Positions 33,226 to 42,452 of a stretch of 64,000 nucleotides of DNA are shown here, in pieces. Made by a program: the position numbers and the translations under genes. Numbering within the stretch: the first letter of the stretch is position 1; each line of letters opens with the position of its first letter. The notes under the pieces are model-generated. The model did no database searches and was not told the origin of the DNA. It saw nothing but the letters and a program-made list of their open reading frames with translations. The stretch comes from Acidobacteriota bacterium (GTDB lineage: Bacteria > Acidobacteriota > Thermoanaerobaculia > Gp7-AA8), in NCBI GenBank assembly GCA_019244185.1, contig JAFATB010000022.1, positions 32,001 to 96,000 on the forward strand. The letters run 5' to 3'.

Positions 33226-34184
33226 GGGATGGCCTCCGGCAACCCCATGTACGTGAGGCGGCTGTTCTGCATCTCCGTCGACCACGTATGCGCGGCGATG
33301 AGGCGCTCTTCGGGCGTCGTGTCGATGAGCCGCTTGCCCGGCCAGATCTCGTAGTCGCCGACGACGTCCGCGTGCTGCTCGAGCCCCGCCTGGAAGAAGA
33401 GCTCGCGCTTGATGATCACGTCTTGCGTCGGCAGTGTCGCCCACAGCTGGCGCCCGCGCGTGATGATGTCGAGGACGTGCGGCTTCGCCTCGGGATGCTC
33501 GCGAAGATAGTCGCGCACCGTCGAGCTCCCGACCGTGAGGTGGCGGATCTCGTCGATGTTCGCGCCGCGCTCGATCTGCGCCGCGGGTGGATCGAGCAGC
33601 CGCCACTTGCGCTCCGACAATTCCGCCGCCGGCGCGAGCACGCCTTCGACGAGGATCGTGAGGATCACCACGCCGGCGATGAAGTCACGCTGATCGCGGA
33701 TCAGCGGCAGCGCGAAGGCTTCGAGCGGATGCAGGATCGCGCGCGCGTCGTCGCCGCTGATGCGCCAGATCGTGTCGAACAGCTCCTGCTCCGGCACGCC
33801 GAGCTCGAGGAGATGTCCGCGGAAGACGCGCGAATGCCGCGCCTCGTCGATGAGCTGCGTGCCGAAGAACTCCATCGTGTAGACGTCCGGCGCCGCGGCG
33901 ATGATGTACGTGATCGAGCGCGTCGCGATTTCCTCGGCGATGGACCGGAACGCGAACTCGTTCATGATCGCCTCGCGCAGCGGCCCGGCCTCGAGCATGT
34001 ACGCCGGCACGCGCGCGTTCGGCGCGTGGCCGTGCACCATGCCCGCGAGCGTGCCCTGCGGCACGGCCGTGAACCAGTAGTCGAGATCGCAGTCGCGCGG
34101 CGTGAGCTCGAGGCGGCTCGCGCCTTCGATGAGCGTCGGCGCCTCCGTCCAATCCGCCTCGCGCGGAATCGTGGTGGTCGTCAT
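33222..34184 (-). CDS. vlmB: VlmB-like non-heme diiron enzyme (putative azoxy synthase)
   Basis: Diiron ligands AEE...DEARH...VEG...DEIRH. LELTPRDCDLDYWFTAVPQGTL and EFAFRSIAEE match VlmB-like proteins as recalled; context supports. Confidence 0.8.
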   Translation of the reverse strand: MTTTTIPREADWTEAPTLIEGASRLELTPRDCDLDYWFTAVPQGTLAGMVHGHAPNARVPAYMLEAGPLREAIMNEFAFRSIAEEIATRSITYIIAAAPDVYTMEFFGTQLIDEARHSRVFRGHLLELGVPEQELFDTIWRISGDDARAILHPLEAFALPLIRDQRDFIAGVVILTILVEGVLAPAAELSERKWRLLDPPAAQIERGANIDEIRHLTVGSSTVRDYLREHPEAKPHVLDIITRGRQLWATLPTQDVIIKRELFFQAGLEQHADVVGDYEIWPGKRLIDTTPEERLIAAHTWSTEMQNSRLTYMGLPEAIP

Positions 34185-34197
34185 CTGGTCAACTCCT

Positions 34198-34662
34198 TTA
34201 CCAAGTGCCGGCGGCCTGGTAGTCGCGCTCGAAGCGGCGATAAGCCTCGTGCTTCACCGGCTCGAAGGCGGTGCCGAACGGCTTGTAGATGTTCCCGAAG
34301 ACGGAGCGGTCGCCGCAGAGATGGATCGGGAACGCGAGCATCGCCCACTCCAGCCGGCCGCCGATCGCGTACCAGATCGCGCAGAACAGCACCGTCGTGG
34401 CGAAGCTGTGGCCGAAGTTGTAGAGCTGGTGGATCACGGTCGGGATCGAGCGGTGCTCGCCCGAGCAGCGGAAGTAGTAGCAGTACAGACCGGGGAACGT
34501 GCCGAGGACGTCGGGCAGCGCGAACGCCCACGCGAAGTGCCACCAGTTCACCTCGCGCACGTGCAGCAGCAGCACGCCGAAGGCGGTGAACATGAGCACG
34601 GCCCAGTCGATGCGCTCGAGCGTGTAGATCGTCGGCGTGTGAAAGAGATTGTGTTTGTCCAT
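34198..34662 (-). CDS. vlmO: VlmO-like small integral membrane protein (putative hydrazine synthase)
   Basis: 154 aa with 4 hydrophobic segments; PD..G, LYNFGHS and PIHLCGDRSVFGNIYKPFGTAFEP; lies between vlmH-like and vlmB-like genes. Confidence 0.75.
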   Translation of the reverse strand: MDKHNLFHTPTIYTLERIDWAVLMFTAFGVLLLHVREVNWWHFAWAFALPDVLGTFPGLYCYYFRCSGEHRSIPTVIHQLYNFGHSFATTVLFCAIWYAIGGRLEWAMLAFPIHLCGDRSVFGNIYKPFGTAFEPVKHEAYRRFERDYQAAGTW

Positions 34663-34680
34663 GGCAGGGGATCCTTTGAT

Positions 34681-35808
34681 TTACGCGACTTGCATCGGCT
34701 TGCCCATGAGGTAGCCGTCGATGGCGGAGGCGACGGAGAGGCGCGACGGCGGATGGAACGCGAGCGCGCGCGCGGCGGCGTAGAGATACGAGACGTCGGG
34801 TGTCTTGATGAAGGCCATGCCGCCGAGGAGCTCGGTGGCGCGGACGGTGACCCGCTCGATGGCCTGCTGCACGGCGAAGCGCACCAGCAGCGACTGCACG
34901 AGGATGCCCTCGCCGCGCTCGCCGGTCTGCATCGCGCGCGCGACGCCTTCGAGCGATGTCATCGCGCCTTCGAGATCGATGGCGAGCTGCATCCGCTCGG
35001 CGATGTCGCCGCGTCCGTGCGTGAAGACTTTTTCCGCGAGCGCGGACGCGACGCCGAGGTACGAGGCGGAGACGAGCAGCTCGAACCAGAGGAAGCCGCC
35101 CGCTTCGACCGCGTCGAGACTCTCCTCGACCTCGGGGAAGAAGAGCTGTTCGTCGGCGATCTGCACGTCGGTGAGGCAGAGCTCCTCGCTCTCCGCGCCG
35201 CGAAGCACGGTGCTGCTCCAGAACGGCTTGCGGGTGATGCCTTCCGCGTCCGCGGGCACGACCGCCACCGCGCGGCGGCTGCCGTTGCCGTTGTTGCTCG
35301 GCACCGAGACGCTCGCGGTGAGGATGTGCATCGAGTTCGACAGGCTGCACGGCTTCTTGCTGCCGTTGATGCGATAGCCGCCGCCGTCCTGCGGCGTGGC
35401 CTTCATCAGCGGATCGAGGATGCTCGTGCCGGTGCGGCCTTCCGCGAACCCCGAGGCGACCAGGAGCTGCCCGCCCGCGATCTGCTGGAGCAGCTCCACC
35501 GTGTAGTCGCCGTAGAAGAGGTACTCGACCAGCGTCGCCACCGAGAAGTTGTGCATCGTCATCGCGATGGCGAGCGACGGCGAGCGCGTGGCCACGGCGC
35601 GGTGGATCTGGATGGCCTCCGCGGGCGTGGCGCCTTTGCCTCCGTGCTCGGCCGGCACGAGCAGCCCCGCGCCCTCGAGCTCGCGGAGGATGGTGAGGCC
35701 GGGATTGCCCGGCTTCTCGATCTCCATGAGCGGGATTTCCTGCAGTTTCGCGTCGAGTGTGGGGAGGAACTTTTCGAGCGTCTCCCGATCCCTTTTCAGG
35801 AAGTTCAT
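34681..35808 (-). CDS. vlmH: VlmH-like flavin-dependent alkylamine N-hydroxylase (acyl-CoA dehydrogenase fold)
   Basis: GLLVPAEHGGKGA...RSPSLAIAMTMHNFS, ASGFAEG, GSKKPCSLS, LLGGMAF, LAFHPPSR resemble isobutylamine N-hydroxylase as recalled. Start at 35808 follows GAGGGG. Confidence 0.82.
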   Translation of the reverse strand: MNFLKRDRETLEKFLPTLDAKLQEIPLMEIEKPGNPGLTILRELEGAGLLVPAEHGGKGATPAEAIQIHRAVATRSPSLAIAMTMHNFSVATLVEYLFYGDYTVELLQQIAGGQLLVASGFAEGRTGTSILDPLMKATPQDGGGYRINGSKKPCSLSNSMHILTASVSVPSNNGNGSRRAVAVVPADAEGITRKPFWSSTVLRGAESEELCLTDVQIADEQLFFPEVEESLDAVEAGGFLWFELLVSASYLGVASALAEKVFTHGRGDIAERMQLAIDLEGAMTSLEGVARAMQTGERGEGILVQSLLVRFAVQQAIERVTVRATELLGGMAFIKTPDVSYLYAAARALAFHPPSRLSVASAIDGYLMGKPMQVA

Positions 35809-35893
35809 GACGTACCCCTCGCTGAATTGTTTTTTGCGCGACCGGTTCATTTATAGAGCTGATCCATAAAAAAGTAAAGATCGAAAAATAGCA

Positions 35894-35922
35894 TTGACAA
35901 GTTCCATAAGGACGCCTATAAA
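35894..35922 (+). promoter_or_regulatory. sigma70-type promoter in the AT-rich divergent control region of the cluster
   Basis: TTGACA (35894-35899), 17 nt, TATAAA (35917-35922); A-tracts upstream (UP-element-like). Confidence 0.6.
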
Positions 35923-35976
35923 TGCAGACTCGCAATCCGGTCAGCTGCAGACTTCAGGAGAACCCACGGACTCACT

Positions 35977-38900
35977 ATGGCGACGCCTTCGCTGGTTCAT
36001 CTGCTTCAGGAGCGCGCGGACGAGCTTCCCGGCCACCGCTCGTACACCTTTCTCGCCGGCGGTGAAGAATCGGAGAGCCTGACGTTCGCGCGGCTGAACC
36101 GGCGCGCGCGCGCCATCGCCGCGCGGCTGCAGCGCCTCGGCGCGAAAGGGGAGCGCGCGCTGCTGCTCTATCCGGCCGGCACCGAATACATCGCCGCGTT
36201 TTACGGCTGCCTGGCCGCGGGAACCGTCGCGGTGCCCGGCTATCCGCCGCGCATGAACCGCAACCTCAACCGCCTCGAGTCCATCATCAAGGATGCGGAG
36301 GCGCGCTTCGCGCTGACTACCGACGCCGTCTACCGCCAGCTCAGCGAGCGCTTCGACGAGTCACCGAGCCTCAAACGCCTGCAGTGGGTCGTCACCGATC
36401 CGATCGCGGAAGATGAGGCGGACGGCTGGACCGATCCGAACGCGACGCGCGAGACGCTCGCGTTTCTCCAGTACACGTCCGCATCGACCTCCGCGCCGAA
36501 GGGCGTCATGGTCACGCACGGCAACATCCTCCACAACCAGGTCCTGATGAAGGAGGCGGTGCAGCACGACCGCAACACGATCGCCGTCTCCTGGCTGCCG
36601 CTGTTCCACGACATGGGACTGATCAGCATCGTCCTCTCGTCGCTGTACAACGGCATCCCGTGCTATCTCGTCGCGCCGGTCGATTTCCTGAAGAAACCGC
36701 GGCTGTGGCTCGAGGCGATCAGCAAGTACGGCGCGACGTTCAGCGGTGCGCCCGACTTCGGCTACCAGCTCTGCGTCGAGCGCATCAGCGCCGAGGAGCG
36801 CGCGAAGCTCGACCTGTCGAAGTGGCGGGTCGCGTTCAACGGCTCGGAGCCGATCCGCTCGGACACGCTGCGCCTCTTCACCGAGACGTTCGCCGAATGC
36901 GGCTTTCGTCCGACCTCGATGTTCCCGTGCTACGGCCTCGCGGAGAACACGCTCTTCGCGAGCGGCCGCTTTCACGACGGTCCGACGTCGTTCTCGCGCG
37001 CGAGTCTCGAGCGTCATCGTCCCGCGCCGGCGACGGAAGGTCATTTGGCGCAGCTCGTCAGTTGCGGCAAGGCGCTGCTCGACTCCCGCATCGTCATCGC
37101 CGATCCGAAGACGCGCCGACGCTGCGGCGAAGGTGAAGTCGGCGAGATCTGGCTGGCCAGTCCGAGCGTCGCGCAGGGCTACTGGAATCAGCCGCGGCTG
37201 AGCGAGGAAACGTTCCGCGCGCAGACGCTCGACGGCGACGGTCCGTTCCTCCGCACCGCGGACCTCGGCTTCTTCCACGCCGGTGAGCTCTTCATCACCG
37301 GCCGCATCAAGGACCTCATCATCATCCGCGGACGCAACCTCTGCCCGCAGGACATCGAACAGACGGTCGAAGCGTGCGACGCGGCGATCCAGCCGACGTT
37401 CGTGGCCGCGGTCGCGGTCGACGCGGGCACCAGCGAGCGGCTGGTCATCGTCGCGGAAATCCGGCGCGAGGCGCGACGCGAGCTCGATACCGAGGAGATC
37501 GTGCGGAAGATCCGGAACGCGGTAGCGGCGGAGTTCGCGGTGGAAGTGTCCGCGGTCGTGCTGCTGCGTCCGGGACAACTGCCGAAAACGTCGAGCGGCA
37601 AGACGCAGCGCGCGCACGTGAAGCAGCAGTTCCTCGACGGCCAGCTGAAGACGGCCATGATCGCGGAGTGGCGTGACGAGAACGCGTTCCGCGCGAACGA
37701 TCCCGAGCCGCCGCGCGCGCCGAAACACGCGCCGACGCAGGAGCGCATCGAGAGCTGGCTCGTGCAGCGCATCGCCGCGCAGACGAAGATCCCCGCGACG
37801 CGCATCGACCGCACCGCCTCGCTCCTCGTCTACGGACTCGACTCGGTCGTGCTCGTGGCGATCTTCGGCGAGCTCGAAGACGCGTTCCGCGTCACGCTCG
37901 ATCTCGACCGCATCTTCCACGGCGAGCCGTCGCTGCGCGAAGTCGCGCAACGCGTGCACGCCGCGACGCGCGCGACGGCGGCGACGGCAGATGTTCCCGC
38001 GCCTGCGCCTGTTGCCGCGCCCGCGCGTCCGCAGCCGGTGCCCACCGAAGCGCCGCCCGCGCAACCGGCATCCGTGCTGCCGATCGCGAAGCCGAAGAAG
38101 CTCACGCTCGGCAACACCGACGCGACGGCCGCGTCTCCGACGCCGAAGCCGGTGCTCGCCGCGGTGCCCGACACCAGACACGAAGAACGCGCGCCGAAGC
38201 CGAAGCATCCCTTCCGCACGCACGTCAATCCCGAGCTCGGGCGCGTGCTCGAGCAGATGGCCATGGACAAGTCGTTCGTGCGCGGCGAGGGGAGCTGGCT
38301 TTGGGATGAAGCGGGGCGCCGCTACCTCGATTTCCTCGCGCAGTACGGCGCGCTACCGTTCGGCTTCAATCCGCCGCGTATCTGGTCGGCGCTGAACGCC
38401 GTGCGCGCGACCGCGGAGCCGAGCTTCGTGCAGCCGTCGTATCTCAACGCCGCGGGCGAGCTCGCGAAACGACTGCTCGCCGTCGCGCCTCCGGGCATGG
38501 CGTACGTGACGTACGCGAACAGCGGCGCGGAAGCGATCGAGGCGGCGATCAAGCTCTGTCGCTCGACGACGAAGCGCCACGACATCCTCGCCGCGGGCAA
38601 CGGCTTCCACGGCAAGACGCTCGGCGCGCTCTCCGCGACGGACAAGGAGAAATACCAGAAAGGCTTCGGCGCGCCGGTACCCGGCTTCCACTACGTCCCG
38701 TACGGCGACGCGGACGCGCTGCGGCGCGCGCTCGCCGGCGGCCGCTACGCCGCGTTCCTCGTCGAGCCGATCCAGGGCGAGGGCGGCATCGTTGAGCCGC
38801 CGGCGGGTTACCTCCGGCTCGCGCGCAAGCTGTGCCGCGAGGCGGGCACGCTCTTCGTCGCCGACGAGATCCAGACGGGACTCGGCCGCACTGGCGCGAT

Positions 38901-40839
38901 GTTCGTCTGCCGCGAGCTCGGCATCACGCCCGACGTGATGACCGTCGCGAAAGCGCTCGGCGGCGGTCTCGTTCCGATCGGCGCGTGCCTCGCCACCGCG
39001 GCCGCGTACAACGAAGACTTCGCGCTGAAGCACACGTCGACGTTCGCGGGGAACACGCTCGCATGCCGCGCCGGCATCGCGACGCTCGATCTGTTGGAAG
39101 CCGACAGCGGCGCGCTCGTCGCGCAGGTGAAAGCGAACGGCGCACGATTGAAGGACGCGCTGCTCGCGCTCGCCGATCGCTATCCCGGTCTCATCGCGGA
39201 AGTCCGCGGACGTGGCTACTTCCTCGGCCTGCGCCTCGGGCTCGACCGTCATTCCGTCGACGACGGTCTCCTCGGCTACCTCGGCGAACAGGAAGCGCTG
39301 ACCGCGATCGTCGTCAGCCATCTGCTGCACGTCGAAGGCGTGCGCGTCGGCTTCACGCTCAATCACGGCGGCGTGCTGCGCATCGAGCCGCCGCTCACGG
39401 CGACGTGGGAGGAGTGCCAGTTCTTCCTCGCCGCGCTCGAGCGCGTGCTCGTGCGCATCGACCGCCGCAACCTCGCCGCGCTGACCTCGCAGGTGACGGG
39501 CTTCCGTCCTGCCGTCGCGGCGGAAGTCGTGAGACCCCGCGTGACGGAGCTCCCGCGAAAAGCGCGGCTCGACGTGCGCGCCGGCGATGGACGCTTCGCG
39601 TTCCTCGTCCATCCGCTGGCGTGGAAGGACTACGGCGACATCGACGAGAGCCTCGCGCCGCTCTCCGGCGAACAGCTGGCGAAACTCTCCGGCGCGCTGG
39701 CCGACAACTTCGATCCGATGGTCGTCGGCGAGACGCGTATCACCGCCGAGAACGGCAAGACCGCGTACGGCGAGTTCATTCTCGTGCCGCGCCGCGCCGA
39801 GGAGCTGCGCGCGCTGCCGCCCGAACAGGCGGTGAGCGAGATCCGCGAAGCCGTGCGCGTGGCGCAGAAGCGCGGCGCGAAGATCGTCGGCCTCGGCGCG
39901 TACACCTCCGTCGTCACGCAGGGCGGCCTCTCACTGGTCGGTGAAGGCCTGCCCGCGATCACCACTGGAAACTCCTACACCGTCATTGCCGCGCGGCAAA
40001 CGATCCGTCTCGCGTCGGCTGATCGAGGCTGGCAGCTCCCGCGACGAACCGTCGCGGTCCTGGGCGCCGGCGGCTCGATCGGGCAGGCGCTGTCCGTCCT
40101 CCTTGCGCGCGACACCGGCCGTTTGCTGCTGATCGGGAACCCCGCACATCCCGACGAAAGCCGTGAGCGTCTGCTGCAGGTCGCGGGACGGATCGTTTGC
40201 TCGCTCGATCAATTGAAAGGATTCGCGCCCGGTTCGGTCGCCAGCTGGGTTGCAGAGCTGGCGATCGAGGCGCCGCAGAAGCCGGATCGCGCGACGTTGA
40301 TTCGCCTGGGCGAGGAGTTCATCGCGCGCACGGGCGCCGTGGAGCTCGGCGTCGACGCCGCGCAGTTCCTGCCGCGCGCGGACGTCGTGGTCTGCTGCAC
40401 GAGCACGACCGAGCGCATGGTCACCGAAGAAACGCTGCGGCGCGAAGCGATCGTGTGCGACGTCTCGCGGCCGTCGAACGTCGGCGCGCACGTGCGCGCG
40501 CGGCGCCCGGACGTCCTCGTGCTCGACGGCGGCGTGGTGCGGTTGCCCGGCAGCTCGCAACTCGGCTTCAACGCCGGCATCGGCAAAACGAACGCGTACG
40601 CCTGCATGGCGGAAACGATGATGCTCGCGCTCGAACAGCGCTATCGCGACGCGAGCCTCGGATTCGATCTTTCGCTCGACAACGTGCTGGAGATGGAACG
40701 GCTCGCGGAAGCAACGGGCTTCCGCGTGGTCTCACGGAAACAGGCCCCCGAAGCATTGACAGTGATGCGACTCCTTAGTCGGGAGGAGAACGAGGCGCAA
40801 GTCCTCGAGGGGGCTCCACCGCTTTCCGCGACGTCGTGA
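35977..40839 (+). CDS. four-domain FAAL-ACP-class III aminotransferase-acyl-ACP-reductase-like protein (putative fatty amine synthase)
   Basis: FAAL: FLQYTSASTSAPKG, SWLPLFHDMGLI, PCYGLAE, LPKTSSGK. ACP: YGLDSV. Aminotransferase: EPIQGEGG, DEIQTGLGRTG, AKALGGG. Reductase: FAFLVHP, GLGAYTS, TTGNSYT, GAGGSIG, YACMAETM. Confidence 0.88.
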   Translation: MATPSLVHLLQERADELPGHRSYTFLAGGEESESLTFARLNRRARAIAARLQRLGAKGERALLLYPAGTEYIAAFYGCLAAGTVAVPGYPPRMNRNLNRLESIIKDAEARFALTTDAVYRQLSERFDESPSLKRLQWVVTDPIAEDEADGWTDPNATRETLAFLQYTSASTSAPKGVMVTHGNILHNQVLMKEAVQHDRNTIAVSWLPLFHDMGLISIVLSSLYNGIPCYLVAPVDFLKKPRLWLEAISKYGATFSGAPDFGYQLCVERISAEERAKLDLSKWRVAFNGSEPIRSDTLRLFTETFAECGFRPTSMFPCYGLAENTLFASGRFHDGPTSFSRASLERHRPAPATEGHLAQLVSCGKALLDSRIVIADPKTRRRCGEGEVGEIWLASPSVAQGYWNQPRLSEETFRAQTLDGDGPFLRTADLGFFHAGELFITGRIKDLIIIRGRNLCPQDIEQTVEACDAAIQPTFVAAVAVDAGTSERLVIVAEIRREARRELDTEEIVRKIRNAVAAEFAVEVSAVVLLRPGQLPKTSSGKTQRAHVKQQFLDGQLKTAMIAEWRDENAFRANDPEPPRAPKHAPTQERIESWLVQRIAAQTKIPATRIDRTASLLVYGLDSVVLVAIFGELEDAFRVTLDLDRIFHGEPSLREVAQRVHAATRATAATADVPAPAPVAAPARPQPVPTEAPPAQPASVLPIAKPKKLTLGNTDATAASPTPKPVLAAVPDTRHEERAPKPKHPFRTHVNPELGRVLEQMAMDKSFVRGEGSWLWDEAGRRYLDFLAQYGALPFGFNPPRIWSALNAVRATAEPSFVQPSYLNAAGELAKRLLAVAPPGMAYVTYANSGAEAIEAAIKLCRSTTKRHDILAAGNGFHGKTLGALSATDKEKYQKGFGAPVPGFHYVPYGDADALRRALAGGRYAAFLVEPIQGEGGIVEPPAGYLRLARKLCREAGTLFVADEIQTGLGRTGAMFVCRELGITPDVMTVAKALGGGLVPIGACLATAAAYNEDFALKHTSTFAGNTLACRAGIATLDLLEADSGALVAQVKANGARLKDALLALADRYPGLIAEVRGRGYFLGLRLGLDRHSVDDGLLGYLGEQEALTAIVVSHLLHVEGVRVGFTLNHGGVLRIEPPLTATWEECQFFLAALERVLVRIDRRNLAALTSQVTGFRPAVAAEVVRPRVTELPRKARLDVRAGDGRFAFLVHPLAWKDYGDIDESLAPLSGEQLAKLSGALADNFDPMVVGETRITAENGKTAYGEFILVPRRAEELRALPPEQAVSEIREAVRVAQKRGAKIVGLGAYTSVVTQGGLSLVGEGLPAITTGNSYTVIAARQTIRLASADRGWQLPRRTVAVLGAGGSIGQALSVLLARDTGRLLLIGNPAHPDESRERLLQVAGRIVCSLDQLKGFAPGSVASWVAELAIEAPQKPDRATLIRLGEEFIARTGAVELGVDAAQFLPRADVVVCCTSTTERMVTEETLRREAIVCDVSRPSNVGAHVRARRPDVLVLDGGVVRLPGSSQLGFNAGIGKTNAYACMAETMMLALEQRYRDASLGFDLSLDNVLEMERLAEATGFRVVSRKQAPEALTVMRLLSREENEAQVLEGAPPLSATS

Positions 40840-42452
40840 GCGCGCTCGGCGAGCTCGCCGCATGGGCGCACGGGCTGCGTCTCGACGACGTGCCGCCGTT
40901 CGTGCGCGCGCGTGCCGTCGACCAACTGCTCTCGACGCTCGGCGCGATGTACGCCGGCGCCGCGAGCGAGCTCGGTCCGAAGCTCGACCTCTTGTTCGCG
41001 GACGTTGCGCCGGAGACGACGCGCGAGGCCATGCGCATGGCCTCGTGGTCGATGGTGCTCGACTACGACGACGTCATGCTCGGCGGTCACACGAGCCATT
41101 CAGCGGTCGTCGTGCCGCTCGCGTTCGCGGACGGGCATTCCGGCGCGGAGCTGCTGCTCGCGCAGATCGTTGCGAACGAGATCGCCGCGCGCGTGAACAT
41201 GGTCTGCGCCGTCGGCTCGACGCGCGGGCAGATGGCGACGCACCTTCATCTCCTCGCCGCCGCCGCCGCGCGTGCGAAGCTCGAAGGTCTCGATGCCGCG
41301 ACGTTCGCGGATGCGCTGTCGTTCGCGCTCGCGTATCCCGCGCAGGCGCTCTATCCCGCGTTTCTCGGCAGCGACGCGAAGGCGCTCTGCGCCGCGCTGC
41401 CAGTCCGCGCCGGCATCGAAGCGGTCGACGCGGTGCGCGCGGGACTGCGCGCGCCGGGTGAGGTACTCGACGGCCCGCGCGGCTTCTTCGCGACGCATGC
41501 GCGCGTGCCGGTGCGCGATTTTCTCGGCGGACTCGGCACGCGCTGGCACACCGCGACGAACAGCTTCAAGATCTACCCCGTCTGCGGCTATCTCTGCTCC
41601 GCGGTCGACGCGACGCTCGACCTCGTGCGCACGTATGACGTCGACGCGGACGACGTCGCGTCCGTCGACGTGCACGCGTCGCTCTTCACGGTCGGCATGG
41701 ACGCGCATTCCGTTCCCTACATTGACGGCCCGCGCTCACCGATCGCGGCGCTCACGTTCTCGACGCCGTTCGTGATCGCGTCTGCGATCCGCGCGCGTGC
41801 ATTCACGCCGGCGCAGCTCGAACGCGCGTGGATCGAAGACGAGCGCGTGTGGCAGCTCGCCGCGCGCGTACAAACGCGCCACGATCCGCGCCTCACGCGC
41901 GACGCGCTCACCGCGGACATCCCGATCGGCGCCGCGCTACGCCGCGTGAAGAAGTGGCAGGCCGGGGGATTCGCGTGGAGCATTGCCGCGACGGCATTCG
42001 GCCGCGCGGGGCGTCTGCGCCGTCCGGTCGAAACGCTGCGTCTCATCGCGGGACTCACCGCTGCGGCAGGCGATCGCGCGCCGATGGAGTTCGAGCGCGC
42101 GACGAAGCCGATGGGCGCGCGCGTCGCGATGCGTCTGCGCGACGGCCGCACGCTCGAACGCGAGGTGTCGATCCCGCGCGGCTTCGCGGGCGGCATTGAT
42201 GACATCCGCACGCTGATGATTCACAAGTTCCTCGCCGCCGCCGCGCCGGAGCTCGGCAGCGCGCGGGCCGCCACCGCCGCCGTCGCGCTCGAACACTACG
42301 AGTCGCTCTCGCCCGACGGCGTCGCGCGCCTCGTCGACGTGCTCGCGCGCGAGACGCCGCCGTTCACCCGCGCATCAGCCGCGGCGGCAGCATCCACTCC
42401 AGCGATGCGTGGCGGCCGCTCCAGCGAAGGCCGTAGCAGCCGCCTTTCTTGA
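40836..42452 (+). CDS. MmgE/PrpD family protein (putative VlmK-like lyase)
   Basis: GTGA overlap; LDYDD...GHTS, FKIYPVCGYLCSAVDA, FSTPFVIA, REVSIPRG...KF. Confidence 0.85.
   Translation: MSALGELAAWAHGLRLDDVPPFVRARAVDQLLSTLGAMYAGAASELGPKLDLLFADVAPETTREAMRMASWSMVLDYDDVMLGGHTSHSAVVVPLAFADGHSGAELLLAQIVANEIAARVNMVCAVGSTRGQMATHLHLLAAAAARAKLEGLDAATFADALSFALAYPAQALYPAFLGSDAKALCAALPVRAGIEAVDAVRAGLRAPGEVLDGPRGFFATHARVPVRDFLGGLGTRWHTATNSFKIYPVCGYLCSAVDATLDLVRTYDVDADDVASVDVHASLFTVGMDAHSVPYIDGPRSPIAALTFSTPFVIASAIRARAFTPAQLERAWIEDERVWQLAARVQTRHDPRLTRDALTADIPIGAALRRVKKWQAGGFAWSIAATAFGRAGRLRRPVETLRLIAGLTAAAGDRAPMEFERATKPMGARVAMRLRDGRTLEREVSIPRGFAGGIDDIRTLMIHKFLAAAAPELGSARAATAAVALEHYESLSPDGVARLVDVLARETPPFTRASAAAAASTPAMRGGRSSEGRSSRLS

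Noticed and set aside
34681-35808. Beta-oxidation acyl-CoA dehydrogenase or TamT-like desaturase
   Set aside because: Motifs (MHNFS, KKPCSLS, FHPP) and neighbours match VlmH-type N-hydroxylases; no YEGT-type C-terminal motif.
35977-40839. Cyanobacterial-type alkane pathway (AAR with the ferritin-like gene as aldehyde-deformylating oxygenase) or a tambjamine/prodigiosin cluster
   Set aside because: The fused transaminase would capture the aldehyde, the diiron protein looks VlmB-like, and no bipyrrole genes are present.
42364-42452. 89-nt convergent overlap of prpD-like and sixA genes as a regulatory feature or frameshift
   Set aside because: The low-complexity tail after the conserved PrpD end is most simply a late stop in GC-rich DNA; it may mark the cluster edge but gives no positive evidence.
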